Virus record (IMG/VR): IMGVR_UViG_3300029945_000007
Reading direction: 5' to 3' (one strand)
From: an uncultured virus (IMG/VR IMGVR_UViG_3300029945_000007)
Taxonomy: Duplodnaviria > Heunggongvirae > Uroviricota > Caudoviricetes
Length of the DNA: 64,000 bases
Below, in pieces: positions 1-8,504 of this stretch (positions within the stretch are counted from its first letter, which is position 1; the number at the start of each line of letters is the position of its first letter). Position numbers and translations under genes: made by a program. Below the pieces are notes generated by a model that worked only from the letters and a program-made list of their open reading frames with translations, was not told where the DNA came from and made no database searches.

Positions 1-126
1 TCGAAGCGCCTTTGGAAAACGGACTCGCTCCCCAGCGAAGCCGCAGTTGAAAATGTCACAGCAAGGCGCGGTTACATGATCGTCTCCCGGTTAAACTCGC
101 GGCCCTCGTAGTGGCGTCCGCGCTGC
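1..126. repeat. 126-bp block identical to 56638-56763 (early-left leader shared by the two prophages)
   Basis: Direct comparison: TCGAAGCGCCTTTGG...GGCGTCCGCGCTGC at both sites. Confidence 0.95.
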
Positions 127-159
127 CTATCGCATTGAAGCAGGCCGGTTTCCTACTGG

Positions 160-405
160 TCACACCAGGTAGTTTTGCATCCCGTACTCGTCAAAATCGA
201 CTCGGGCTATCTGAGCATTCATTGCACGTGCATGGCGAAAAGCTGCGCGCCCGGCATCATCGCACGCCGTTTTTACTGTCATCCAGGCGGCGACCATGAC
301 CTCGGTCGAAGCCCATCCAGTGAAGCTGAATGCGGACAGCTGGTGCTGGCGGATTTCCGCGATGCGGATCAGCCGAATGAATTTTTTGCTGGTCTTTTCC
401 TTCAT
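160..405 (-). CDS. Hypothetical phage early-left protein (81 aa)
   Basis: AGGAG RBS before the ATG at 405 (MKEKTSKKF...). Confidence 0.55.
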   Translation of the reverse strand: MKEKTSKKFIRLIRIAEIRQHQLSAFSFTGWASTEVMVAAWMTVKTACDDAGRAAFRHARAMNAQIARVDFDEYGMQNYLV

Positions 406-658
406 TTCGTTCTCCTGTTGATCACATTGATGGCGGCTGCCGGGGCGCAGGCCAGTCACCCTTACTGCCGAAGGCTGCCTCGTTCTGCGCTCGTTTGTGA
501 ACCGCAACGGGCGCCAGCAAACAACCGCCATCAATGTGCCGACTCTCTCGAATCGACCATTTCACCCGTTACTCGCCACGGTGTGTTTGGCGCTTCGCAT
601 CGTCATTCTCGGTTTTTCGTCACCTCGTCTGATGCTGGCCAGCTTGTTGTTCTCGCTG

Positions 659-785
659 GACTTGCTCCCGCTTTACCGGCGCGGGGCTAACTCTGGGGCC
701 GGGCCTAGGACGCCTTGCGGCGAGATCGGCTTCTATTCCCTTCGGATTGTGTAAAGAGCGGTGCTCGTGTGTTGCTGAGCTGATG
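659..785 (-). promoter_or_regulatory. Conserved structured pL leader with boxA-like motif (CGCTCTTTACA, 750-760)
   Basis: Similar to 56952-57076; boxA-like sequence and CGCC-GCAA-GGCG hairpin just downstream of pL. Confidence 0.6.
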
Positions 786-790
786 GGCAA

Positions 791-819
791 ACTTTAGCAG
801 TGTGCGAAACATATGACAA
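791..819 (-). promoter_or_regulatory. pL promoter of prophage A with repeated operator-like sites
   Basis: TTGTCA-17 nt-TAAAGT; TGTTTYGCWC-type motif three times at ~797-876 and again at pR. Confidence 0.65.
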
Positions 820-948
820 GGTAAATTGTGCTATGAGCGAAACAATAAGCGCAGAAATGCAACACAGTGCAAAACATCAGTGAAGTGGCTTGAGGTGTGG
901 TTTGGCGAAAGGCGTGAGGAAGGGAAGGCCCTGACGGGCCATTAATGA

Positions 949-1110
949 TTAGTGGAACAGGGCTTCCAGGCGTGTACGCAGAAGAAGATATATAGCGTCA
1001 ACATCGCCGTGGTGTTCTATTTTGAATATCCGATCATGCGTGAGCGTAATGCGCAGCTCAGCTAATAGATCTGGTGGGCGCGGGGAGCGGGGCGAGGCGT
1101 TGATATCCAT
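949..1110 (-). CDS. Conserved small protein (53 aa), not in the ORF track
   Basis: MDINASPRSPRPPDLLAELRITLTHDRIFKIEHHGDVDAIYLLLRTRLEALFH; homologous to 57213-57371. Confidence 0.75.
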   Translation of the reverse strand: MDINASPRSPRPPDLLAELRITLTHDRIFKIEHHGDVDAIYLLLRTRLEALFH

Positions 1111-1209
1111 TGCGTTTGTCTCTCATGCAAATTTGCCGTCTAAAGTGCGGCGTGAGAGACAAAGGCTACGCTGGCCAGGCTTGGTTTTCATTAGGTGGTT
1201 GTACTTAGA

Positions 1210-1527
1210 CTATCGGGTTTTGTTATTCAAAACCTCGATCATGGACGCGATAACGCTGAGCTCAGAGACCGATAGCCTTGGGATGCCTTTACGGATTGAC
1301 GTCACGAGCTCCGCGCGCAAGACATCAACATCGCCGTGGATAAGATGGTCGGTTGGAACCTTGAAGTATGAGGCTACAGCTACTAGATTTTCCGACCTAG
1401 GCATATAACGACCTGATAACCAGTCAAAAACAGTTTGCGGACACACCTCGCAGTGCTTCGCGATCTCTTTTGCTGTCACGTCTTTTGATCGCTTCAGCCT
1501 GGCTAGCCTGGTTTTAAAATCGCCCAT
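1210..1527 (-). CDS. XRE-family HTH regulator (HTH-C)
   Basis: HTH pattern KEIAKHCEVCPQTVFDWLSG; orthologue at 57472-57786; TTGCCT-17-TACCAT just before the ATG. Confidence 0.85.
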   Translation of the reverse strand: MGDFKTRLARLKRSKDVTAKEIAKHCEVCPQTVFDWLSGRYMPRSENLVAVASYFKVPTDHLIHGDVDVLRAELVTSIRKGIPRLSVSELSVIASMIEVLNNKTR

Positions 1528-1623
1528 CGAGCGATGGTATTTAGTGCGCGTCCACCAGGCAAGCCGATCCAATGATCGACGATAAGAATACCCGATAGTC
1601 TTGGCCGATCGGGTAGCCCATGC

Positions 1624-1639
1624 CTGTCAGATAGTACAG
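1624..1639. promoter_or_regulatory. LexA (SOS) box-like site
   Basis: CTGT-cagatagt-ACAG; same position in prophage B (57883-57898). Confidence 0.6.
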
Positions 1640-1643
1640 TTGA

Positions 1644-1985
1644 TTATTTTTCGGATTTAACGGACAGAATGGCGCGCCAGAGCTTAATCACCTCTTCGTC
1701 GCCGCGGGCCACTAATTTTTCGGCCAAGTCCTCAATAGACTCAGCAATGATGTAGGCATTCTCCGAATCAATCACCGGATCCTTTGGGCCTTTGCCAGTC
1801 TCCAGCCATACAGGATTCACGCCGAGTGCTCTAGCTATCTGCAAAAGCTTTGTTGTAGCACGAGTGGGGTCTGTTTCAAGGTCGAAGATTGTCGTTTCGC
1901 CGACGCCGGCCCGTTGAGCGAGCTTGTCTTGTGACCATCCGCGCTTCGTGCGCTCCCGTTTGAGTCGTATTGCCAGGTTATCCAT
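1644..1985 (-). CDS. XRE-family HTH regulator (HTH-B)
   Basis: RGWSQDKLAQRAGVGETTIFDLE...WLETGKG; orthologue at 57906-58244. Confidence 0.88.
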   Translation of the reverse strand: MDNLAIRLKRERTKRGWSQDKLAQRAGVGETTIFDLETDPTRATTKLLQIARALGVNPVWLETGKGPKDPVIDSENAYIIAESIEDLAEKLVARGDEEVIKLWRAILSVKSEK

Positions 1986-2141
1986 GCCGAATGATCGCGT
2001 ATGGATAACCCGTAATGAAGGGGTTTTGTCCCCGTTAAAACGGGGGTTGGTGGCCCAGCAACACCGTTGGCGCGGTGATATTGGTTAGGTGGTGGGGTAG
2101 GGCGTAAAAAAGCCCGCGATTGCGGGCCTTGTCATTCGTGC

Positions 2142-2498
2142 TTAGTTGTTCTTTTCGGCGTCTTTGAGTTTCATCGCCATCTGCAGGATGTCGAGCATCT
2201 TCTGGGCATCGTAGGCCGATAGCTTGGTGGCCAGGTCTTCAGGGGACGATGCTTCGATGATCACCGATTGAGATACAGCATCTTTACCGTGCAAGCGATC
2301 CATCCACCCGTGAGGGAGTTTCTCAACTTCTTCAATTCTTCGCGCAACATCAGCGCCCATGCGGCGCTTACCGCTTTTTACCGTAGATAGGTAAGAGGCT
2401 GATGACCCTAGCTTTTCAGCTATGTCTGCAGCCTTTCCGCGCGGTTCAATCAGCGCGGCAAGGTTAATTTTGCGGGTTTCAAAAACATCGATATCCAT
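2142..2498 (-). CDS. CI-position repressor; HTH plus short C-terminal domain, no S24 peptidase
   Basis: Divergent from cro; ADIAEKLGSSASYLS...ARRIEEVEKLPHGWMD; 118 aa. Confidence 0.8.
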   Translation of the reverse strand: MDIDVFETRKINLAALIEPRGKAADIAEKLGSSASYLSTVKSGKRRMGADVARRIEEVEKLPHGWMDRLHGKDAVSQSVIIEASSPEDLATKLSAYDAQKMLDILQMAMKLKDAEKNN

Positions 2499-2555
2499 CC
2501 CGTAAGTGTATGAATCTTTAGCGTGTTGCGAAATAAACACGCTGCACAACATGTT

Positions 2556-2584
2556 TTGTTTAATGTTTTGCTCTGTGCTAAAGT
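2556..2584 (+). promoter_or_regulatory. pR promoter of prophage A
   Basis: TTGTTT-17 nt-TAAAGT with operator-like TGTTTTGCTCTGTGCT, directly before cro. Confidence 0.55.
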
Positions 2585-2591
2585 TACGGGC

Positions 2592-2849
2592 ATGAAACTG
2601 CATGATTATCTCCGCCCACTATCCGAGGAAGACCGCGAAGCATTCGCGGATCGTTGTGGGACAACCGTGGGTTATTTGAACCAACTGAAGGGCGGCCACC
2701 GCTCTCCATCGTTGGATTTGGCGCTTGCGCTTTTGACTGAATCAAACGGTGCTGTTGGTATCGATCAGTGGAAAAAGCAAGGCCATAAAAAAGGATTTAA
2801 GGGCGGGAGCCAGAAGGTGGGGAAACCTGCTGGCTCCCTGGGGATGTGA
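2592..2849 (+). CDS. Cro-like (YdaS-type) HTH regulator
   Basis: REAFADRCGTTVGYLNQL HTH; divergent from the repressor. Confidence 0.8.
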   Translation: MKLHDYLRPLSEEDREAFADRCGTTVGYLNQLKGGHRSPSLDLALALLTESNGAVGIDQWKKQGHKKGFKGGSQKVGKPAGSLGM

Positions 2850-2900
2850 ACAAGGGCGTCGTCCACATTTCCATTGTGCTTAATCAAGGGTGCTAGATCA

Positions 2901-3422
2901 ATGTCAAACTTTGGACATAACACTGAAGGCGAAATTCTAAGGGCTTGGGCGTGGCGCCAGATTGAGGGTGGCCAGACTCAGAGCTCATTCGCCTGCGCGC
3001 TCGCTGACGCCTACCTCAAACACACCCCAGACGGAAGCCGAACGCTTCCCCTGGAAAATCCGGACGACTATCCGCTAGATGCAGATTCGGCGCGCGCCAC
3101 CACAAGCAACCGGAAAAACGTCGAGCGATGGCTAAAGGGGTCGCAGCCAATCCCTGCCGACCTCGTTTATGCCTGGACGCAAACGCTACTTGGTGGCTAT
3201 CGGGACGGATGCTTGTCGGATTTGTTTGGTCGCTATGGATTACTGCCAGTCGAGGACGACACGTCACCGGATACGGCAACTATCGGGAAGATGATGAGCG
3301 CCATGGGGAATATCGCCCAGGATCTCGTCTCATCGCCTGCGCAGGCAGTTGGAAATATTCGTCAGTTACGCGCGGGGCTTGCTGGCTTGGAGATCGCGAT
3401 AAACAAGGGACTGGCGGCGTGA
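2901..3422 (+). CDS. CII-position regulator (YdaT-like)
   Basis: Position after cro; NRKNVERWL...WTQTL pattern. Confidence 0.55.
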   Translation: MSNFGHNTEGEILRAWAWRQIEGGQTQSSFACALADAYLKHTPDGSRTLPLENPDDYPLDADSARATTSNRKNVERWLKGSQPIPADLVYAWTQTLLGGYRDGCLSDLFGRYGLLPVEDDTSPDTATIGKMMSAMGNIAQDLVSSPAQAVGNIRQLRAGLAGLEIAINKGLAA

Positions 3423-3688
3423 CCACAACGTCCGCTGCGGTGCTTCGCGTTCAGATCGGATTCGACGCCGACATGCTGGAATGCCAGATCGAGCAGCTAC
3501 AGCAGATTGTGAGTGGGATTCCAGCGCACCTAGCGGCGGATTTTGTTGACCGTGAGATGGGTGGCTTGAAGATTTCCTGCGCGCACAGGCGGTGCGACAA
3601 CGCTGGCGGCCAAACTAATTTCATCGTGGTTGCGGCGATTGATGGTTTTGATCGGATCGTAGCGGCAGCAAAGAGTATTTCGAATTAA
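3419..3688 (+). CDS. Hypothetical phage protein
   Basis: GTG start overlaps the upstream stop. Confidence 0.5.
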   Translation: MTTTSAAVLRVQIGFDADMLECQIEQLQQIVSGIPAHLAADFVDREMGGLKISCAHRRCDNAGGQTNFIVVAAIDGFDRIVAAAKSISN

Positions 3689-3781
3689 TGGCAAAGCCTG
3701 TCGGCCAACAGACAGGCAACAAAAAACCCACGTCAACGACCTTGCAGGGTCTCGGTGGGTTTCACAAACACTGGTGAAATT

Positions 3782-3952
3782 ATGACCGATCAAGAACGTG
3801 AGGACAAGATTTCTTTCCTTGCCATGCGCATCAAAACAACACGCGATCGCGCCCTGCAGCGCGCTGACGCCATTGAAATGATCGAGCTGATCAACCAGCG
3901 GCCTGTCGCGTTCGTGGCGGCCATGGAAGCGCAGAGAGGGCTTGCAGCATGA
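3782..3952 (+). CDS. Small hypothetical phage protein
   Basis: Stop overlaps the start of the replication gene (ATGA). Confidence 0.55.
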   Translation: MTDQEREDKISFLAMRIKTTRDRALQRADAIEMIELINQRPVAFVAAMEAQRGLAA

Positions 3953-4845
3953 GCGCCGTCCTAAAACTAGCTACCGTTAACGGCGCGGCCGTAACAGAAA
4001 AGCACTCAATAGAGCAGCCGAGAAAGCGTATGCAAGACGGCTTTGTGGCAATGCCTAATGGGGTAATGCAGGGATTGAAGCGCCTGAAAGGGCTGCACCA
4101 GACCGCCCTGCTGGCCGTAATCGAGAAAACGATCGGATTTCAAAAACTCAGAGATGAGTTAAGTAATTCCCAGGTTGCAACTGAGTGGGGCTGCGATCGT
4201 GAGCGCGTTGGTGCTGCCATTACTGACTTGATTGAAGCCGGTATTTTGACATGCCACGGTAACGGGCGTTACGGACGGATTCTAAGCGTTTCTGACGTTG
4301 AAAACTGGGGTGAAGTTAGTTGCGGCAAAAAGCCGCAACGACTGACGCAAAAAGCCGCACCTAATGCGGCAAAAAGCCGCTTAGATAGTCGCAAAAAGCC
4401 GCACTCAACAGACAATCCCCAACAGACAAAAGAAGAACCTAACGGTTCTATGTCGTCTACCGACGACGATGGCCGCAAGAAAACGGCAAGCCGTGGAAGG
4501 ACAGCCCCCGCCCCTGTAGACGCTGTTATTGCCTTGTACAACGAAGTGCTGGGCGCCCGTTTGCCGAAAGCGGTTGCGTCTAACGCTTCTCGCGGTGGTT
4601 CGATCCGTGCCCGCTGGAGGGAAATGCTGAACAGCAAGACCCCCTCCGGCACCATCCGCTACCAAGACGAAGCTAGCGGTTTGGCTTGGTGGAAACGGTT
4701 CTTTGCGAAAGTCACACTTAACCCGCATTGGATGGGAAGCAATGACAATGGATGGACCGCAAGCCTGGACTGGATCATTGGGCCGAAGAATTTTCTAAAA
4801 GTTCTGGAGTATCGCCCGGCAAAACGTGAGGTGAGCCATGACTGA
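3949..4845 (+). CDS. Phage replication initiator (lambda O-like)
   Basis: N-terminal winged-helix pattern, internal iterons, WTASLDWII C-terminal motif, precedes the helicase. Confidence 0.85.
   Translation: MSAVLKLATVNGAAVTEKHSIEQPRKRMQDGFVAMPNGVMQGLKRLKGLHQTALLAVIEKTIGFQKLRDELSNSQVATEWGCDRERVGAAITDLIEAGILTCHGNGRYGRILSVSDVENWGEVSCGKKPQRLTQKAAPNAAKSRLDSRKKPHSTDNPQQTKEEPNGSMSSTDDDGRKKTASRGRTAPAPVDAVIALYNEVLGARLPKAVASNASRGGSIRARWREMLNSKTPSGTIRYQDEASGLAWWKRFFAKVTLNPHWMGSNDNGWTASLDWIIGPKNFLKVLEYRPAKREVSHD
4325..4402 (+). repeat. Replication-origin iterons: 4 x GCAAAAAGCCGC at exact 22-bp period
   Basis: Copies start at 4325, 4347, 4369 and 4391 inside the initiator gene. Confidence 0.88.
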
Positions 4846-6208
4846 TAACGCCTATCCACTGTCCTACATCGAGGGCGAGCAAAGCATTATTGGTGGCCTA
4901 ATGCTCAGCAACGATGCCATCGACGCTTGCTCTGACCTGCGCGTCGGGATGTTCTTTGATCCGGCAAACGCCAAGATTTACCAAGCCATTGTTGAGCTGA
5001 TTGCGGACGGCAAGCCTGCTGACGTGGTGACGGTGCATGAAGCACTTGAAGCTTGCGGACTCGATGATGTTTGCGGCGGGATCAGCTACCTGGCCACCGT
5101 GAGCCAGAACACGCCGTCTGCCGCGAACATTCGCCGCTATGTCGATATCGTCAAGGACCGCGCCTCCGAGCGACAACTACTGCAGGTCGGCGACCTGGTG
5201 CGCGATCTTGCTGTTGAGCGTAATGGGCGTCTGATCTCGGATCGCCACGCTGAAGCCGTGCGACTTCTCGGGGAAATAGAGATTACCGCCATCGAGGGGT
5301 CGCGAGAGAAGACCGCTGCCGAGGCGCTGCATGACGGTATTCGCGAGATTGACCATCGTCTTAGTGTCCCTGAGGGTGAACTTGGCGGACTGCATACGGG
5401 GCTTCGCGAGTTGGATCGCATGCTAGATGGACTCCACAAAGGTGAATTGATTATCGTCGGCGCTCGGCCATCAATGGGCAAATCCTGCATTGGGGAAATG
5501 ATCTCACGTGTCAACGCCAAGCGCGGGTATGCCGTTCGGTTTCAATCGTATGAAATGCCGGCAAAGCATTTGATGTTTCGCTCTGCCGCTGCCGAGATGG
5601 AAATCAACCTCGAAAAAATCCGTAAAGCGAAGATGTCACGCGAGGAATACGACAAATTCGCCATCTTTGTGGGCATGTCCGCCGAATGGCGCCTTGTCAT
5701 TGACGAGGATTCTCCGACTATCGACAAGATTGCTGTTCGCTGCCAAGCGCAACGCCGCAAGACGGGCCTTGATCTGCTGATTGTTGATCACCTACACCTG
5801 ATTCCACTCCCTGGACGTGGGAACGAAGCCAAAGAGCTGGGTGATGTGACGTCACGGCTCAAGCGATTGGCGCGTGATCTTGATATTCCTGTAGTGCTGT
5901 TGGCCCAGCTCAACCGTGCCAATTCCAGCGGCGTGGCGCGCCCCCCAAACCTGACCGACCTTCGTGGGTCCGGCTCTATTGAGCAGGATGCCGACGTGGT
6001 GATTTTTCCGCATCGCCCGGGTTATTACGACGACCAGGCCAACCCAGGTGAGGCCGATCTGATCGTCAGTAAGCAGCGGAATGGCCCGGTAGGGAAGATT
6101 TGCGTTGGCTGGCGAGGCGACTACGTGCGTTATCAGGATTCCGTGCCAAGCGACTGGAACCCTCCGAAACGGTTTTATGCGCCCGCACGCGACATGGAGG
6201 AGCTATGA
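4838..6208 (+). CDS. dnaB: DnaB-like replicative helicase
   Basis: GARPSMGKS Walker A, LIVDHLHL, LAQLNR, DLRGSGSIEQDAD, KQRNGP. Confidence 0.95.
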   Translation: MTDNAYPLSYIEGEQSIIGGLMLSNDAIDACSDLRVGMFFDPANAKIYQAIVELIADGKPADVVTVHEALEACGLDDVCGGISYLATVSQNTPSAANIRRYVDIVKDRASERQLLQVGDLVRDLAVERNGRLISDRHAEAVRLLGEIEITAIEGSREKTAAEALHDGIREIDHRLSVPEGELGGLHTGLRELDRMLDGLHKGELIIVGARPSMGKSCIGEMISRVNAKRGYAVRFQSYEMPAKHLMFRSAAAEMEINLEKIRKAKMSREEYDKFAIFVGMSAEWRLVIDEDSPTIDKIAVRCQAQRRKTGLDLLIVDHLHLIPLPGRGNEAKELGDVTSRLKRLARDLDIPVVLLAQLNRANSSGVARPPNLTDLRGSGSIEQDADVVIFPHRPGYYDDQANPGEADLIVSKQRNGPVGKICVGWRGDYVRYQDSVPSDWNPPKRFYAPARDMEEL

Positions 6209-6648
6209 GCGACGTCATTTTGCACGAGCCCGTCAGCGAGCTGATCACTGCGGGTGAGTGGGCCAAGGCCGCGTTCCGCCGCACATGGGATGCCGCGGCG
6301 GCCGCGCTTGATGCCGGACTGGCCGGTGAATTGACCTGGAAGCCGAAGAAGGCTACACGCTCAGTCCAAGCGAATGCGTGCATGTGGGCGCATTTGGCCG
6401 ACATCGCGCGCCAGGTTGATTGGTATGGAGAAAAGCTGTCGAAAGAAGATTGGAAAGAAGTTGTGAGTGCTGGGCTTCGCAAGCAGCGCGCAGTGCGTGG
6501 TATGGAGGGTGGGTTTGTGGTGCTTGGCGCGCGCACCAGCCGCATGAGCATCAAGGAAATGGCCGCGATGACTGAGTTGATTCTGGCGTTTGGGGCGCAA
6601 CAGGGTGTCAAGTTCACCGCGCCGGCGTGGATGTGGGGTGACGAATGA
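6205..6648 (+). CDS. ninB: NinB-family recombination protein
   Basis: RSVQANACMWAHLADIARQVDWYGEKLSKEDWK...TSRMS. Confidence 0.85.
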   Translation: MSDVILHEPVSELITAGEWAKAAFRRTWDAAAAALDAGLAGELTWKPKKATRSVQANACMWAHLADIARQVDWYGEKLSKEDWKEVVSAGLRKQRAVRGMEGGFVVLGARTSRMSIKEMAAMTELILAFGAQQGVKFTAPAWMWGDE

Positions 6649-6824
6649 CGCTAGGAGAATTGCGCCAAGGTGAGCGATTTGTCCTGTGCCGCTCAGGCGC
6701 CAAATACATCAAGCTTTCCGGGGTGATCAAGAGCCGTCATATCGTTTTGGACGTGACGAAGAACAAGACTGCAACTCTTAATCATCAGTGCCGGGTTAAA
6801 CGAGTTTTGAGGGCGAAGGCATGA
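6645..6824 (+). CDS. Small hypothetical protein (59 aa)
   Basis: ATGA overlaps at both ends; MTLGELRQGERFVLCRSG... Confidence 0.55.
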   Translation: MTLGELRQGERFVLCRSGAKYIKLSGVIKSRHIVLDVTKNKTATLNHQCRVKRVLRAKA

Positions 6825-7174
6825 CCAGCCGAACCGCCCGGCCATCCAAGACGGTTCCGCGCCCGGGCGATACGCCTGGCGCCGGCCGCGCGCGCGATTG
6901 GCGCAAGGATTCGAACTGGCTCGCCGCCGTCGGTTCGCTTGATCAGTGCGTGCGCTGCGGTCGCTGGGGTATTCAGGTTGCCCACCGCGACGAAGGTAAG
7001 GGCATGGCCCAGAAGGCGCCGGACTGCCTTACTGCAGCGCTCTGCCCGGAATGCCATCACGAACTGGGCAACGGCAAAACACTGACGCGCGAGCAGCGCC
7101 GGGCCGAAATGGATCACGCGATTGTTTTGACCCTGGCGGCCCTGGCCGAACAAGGGAAGGTGAGGGCTGAATGA
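6821..7174 (+). CDS. Zn-binding HNH-like nin-region protein
   Basis: CVRCG...QVAH...ALCPECH. Confidence 0.7.
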   Translation: MTSRTARPSKTVPRPGDTPGAGRARDWRKDSNWLAAVGSLDQCVRCGRWGIQVAHRDEGKGMAQKAPDCLTAALCPECHHELGNGKTLTREQRRAEMDHAIVLTLAALAEQGKVRAE

Positions 7175-7380
7175 ACCCAATGTACGCCGCCTTTTTCAAT
7201 ATCACCGGCTGCACACTGCCGGCCGGCCGCATGCGCAACGTCGAGTACATGGCGTTCATCGCAAAAATGCGCGCCAAGTACGTCAAGGAAACCGGCGCCA
7301 CGCCGGCCGCAAATCTAAGCGCGTGGGCTAACTGGGTTGACGCACAAAACCCAAACAAGCAAAGGAGGCTGATTGCATGA
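7171..7380 (+). CDS. Hypothetical phage protein
   Basis: Translationally coupled ORF in the nin region. Confidence 0.55.
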   Translation: MNPMYAAFFNITGCTLPAGRMRNVEYMAFIAKMRAKYVKETGATPAANLSAWANWVDAQNPNKQRRLIA

Positions 7381-7477
7381 AACGAAGAGGATACCGAAAA
7401 ACCGTCAACACACTGGCGCTGGCCGTGGTGCTGTCCATTACCTTTCTGCCGCTGATCGTCATGGTGTGGGGCGCGCG

Positions 7478-7657
7478 ATGAACTGGGTCAAGGTCAGCGA
7501 CCACTGTATCCGTTCGGGCGAGTGGAAAATCTACCGCTACCCACTGGCTACGCCGGAGCGTTTCGAGCTGTGGCGCGGTGACCGGTTTATCGACGGATTT
7601 GATACAAGCAACGAAGCAAAACAAGCGGCAATTGCTCAAGGGAGGAAAGCGGCGTGA
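7478..7657 (+). CDS. Hypothetical phage protein
   Basis: MNWVKVSDHCIRSGEWKI...; stop overlaps the next start. Confidence 0.55.
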   Translation: MNWVKVSDHCIRSGEWKIYRYPLATPERFELWRGDRFIDGFDTSNEAKQAAIAQGRKAA

Positions 7658-7983
7658 ATGAATCTGACCCAACGGGCGCCGACCAGCACCAGCCTGGCGC
7701 CAAGCTGGACGCCGGAAAGCTCCGGCCTGACCTGATTATCTCCGGCATGCCGCGCGCGCTGCTGGCGGTAGCTCAGGTGGCCACGTTCGGCGCCAAGAAG
7801 TACACGGAGGATGGATGGCAGTCTGTACCGGACGGAATCAAGCGCTACACGGCGGCCATGGATCGTCATCGGCTGAAGGAATCCGTCGAACCGGTTGATG
7901 CTGACTCGGGCCTTGCTCATCAAGCGCATCTCGCCTGGAACGCGCTGGCGCGGCTGGAACTGATGTTACGGGAGTCCGCGTGA
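7654..7983 (+). CDS. dATP/dGTP diphosphohydrolase-domain protein (DUF5664-like)
   Basis: GAKLDAGK...TFGAKKY...DADSGLAHQAHLAWNAL. Confidence 0.75.
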   Translation: MNESDPTGADQHQPGAKLDAGKLRPDLIISGMPRALLAVAQVATFGAKKYTEDGWQSVPDGIKRYTAAMDRHRLKESVEPVDADSGLAHQAHLAWNALARLELMLRESA

Positions 7984-8113
7984 GATTCGTTGTCTGTCCG
8001 CCGGTGTTCGACTCTTTCACTGTGTTATGCCTCGTCATCCTAGTGGCTGCATGGGCTTGGGCGATGTGGGTTATTTGGAGTGCTGAGCGGCAATTTTTCA
8101 GGAGGTGGGGGCG

Positions 8114-8467
8114 ATGACCGCTGTAACGAAACGAATACAGGCGCTAGGACGGCTCAAGGTTGGCGCTATGAACAAGACTGAGGCCGCGTACGCGCAGACG
8201 CTGGAGATGCGCCGCCGGGCCGGGGAGATCGAGTGGTTCAAGTTCGAAGGGCTCAAGTTCAGGCTGGCGGATAACACGTTTTACACGCCGGATTTTGCCG
8301 TGATGCTTTCGTCTGGGGAGATGGAGGCGCACGAAGTGAAGGGGTTCTGGCAAGACGACGCGCGCGCCAAGATCAAGATCGCTGCGGACATGTATCCGTT
8401 TCGGTTTGTGGCGGTCAAGGCGCAGGCAAAGAAGGACGGCGGGGGATGGGCGGTAGAGATTTTTTGA
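8114..8467 (+). CDS. PD-(D/E)xK nuclease (DUF1064-like)
   Basis: YTPDF...HEVKG motif. Confidence 0.75.
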   Translation: MTAVTKRIQALGRLKVGAMNKTEAAYAQTLEMRRRAGEIEWFKFEGLKFRLADNTFYTPDFAVMLSSGEMEAHEVKGFWQDDARAKIKIAADMYPFRFVAVKAQAKKDGGGWAVEIF

Positions 8468-8504
8468 TTGTTGGGGCGCAATTCAAAAGGGGCGGGCAAG
8501 GGCG

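Noticed and set aside
7654..7983. Z-genome (2-aminoadenine) pathway
   Set aside because: No PurZ or phage DNA polymerase visible; this domain alone is not sufficient.
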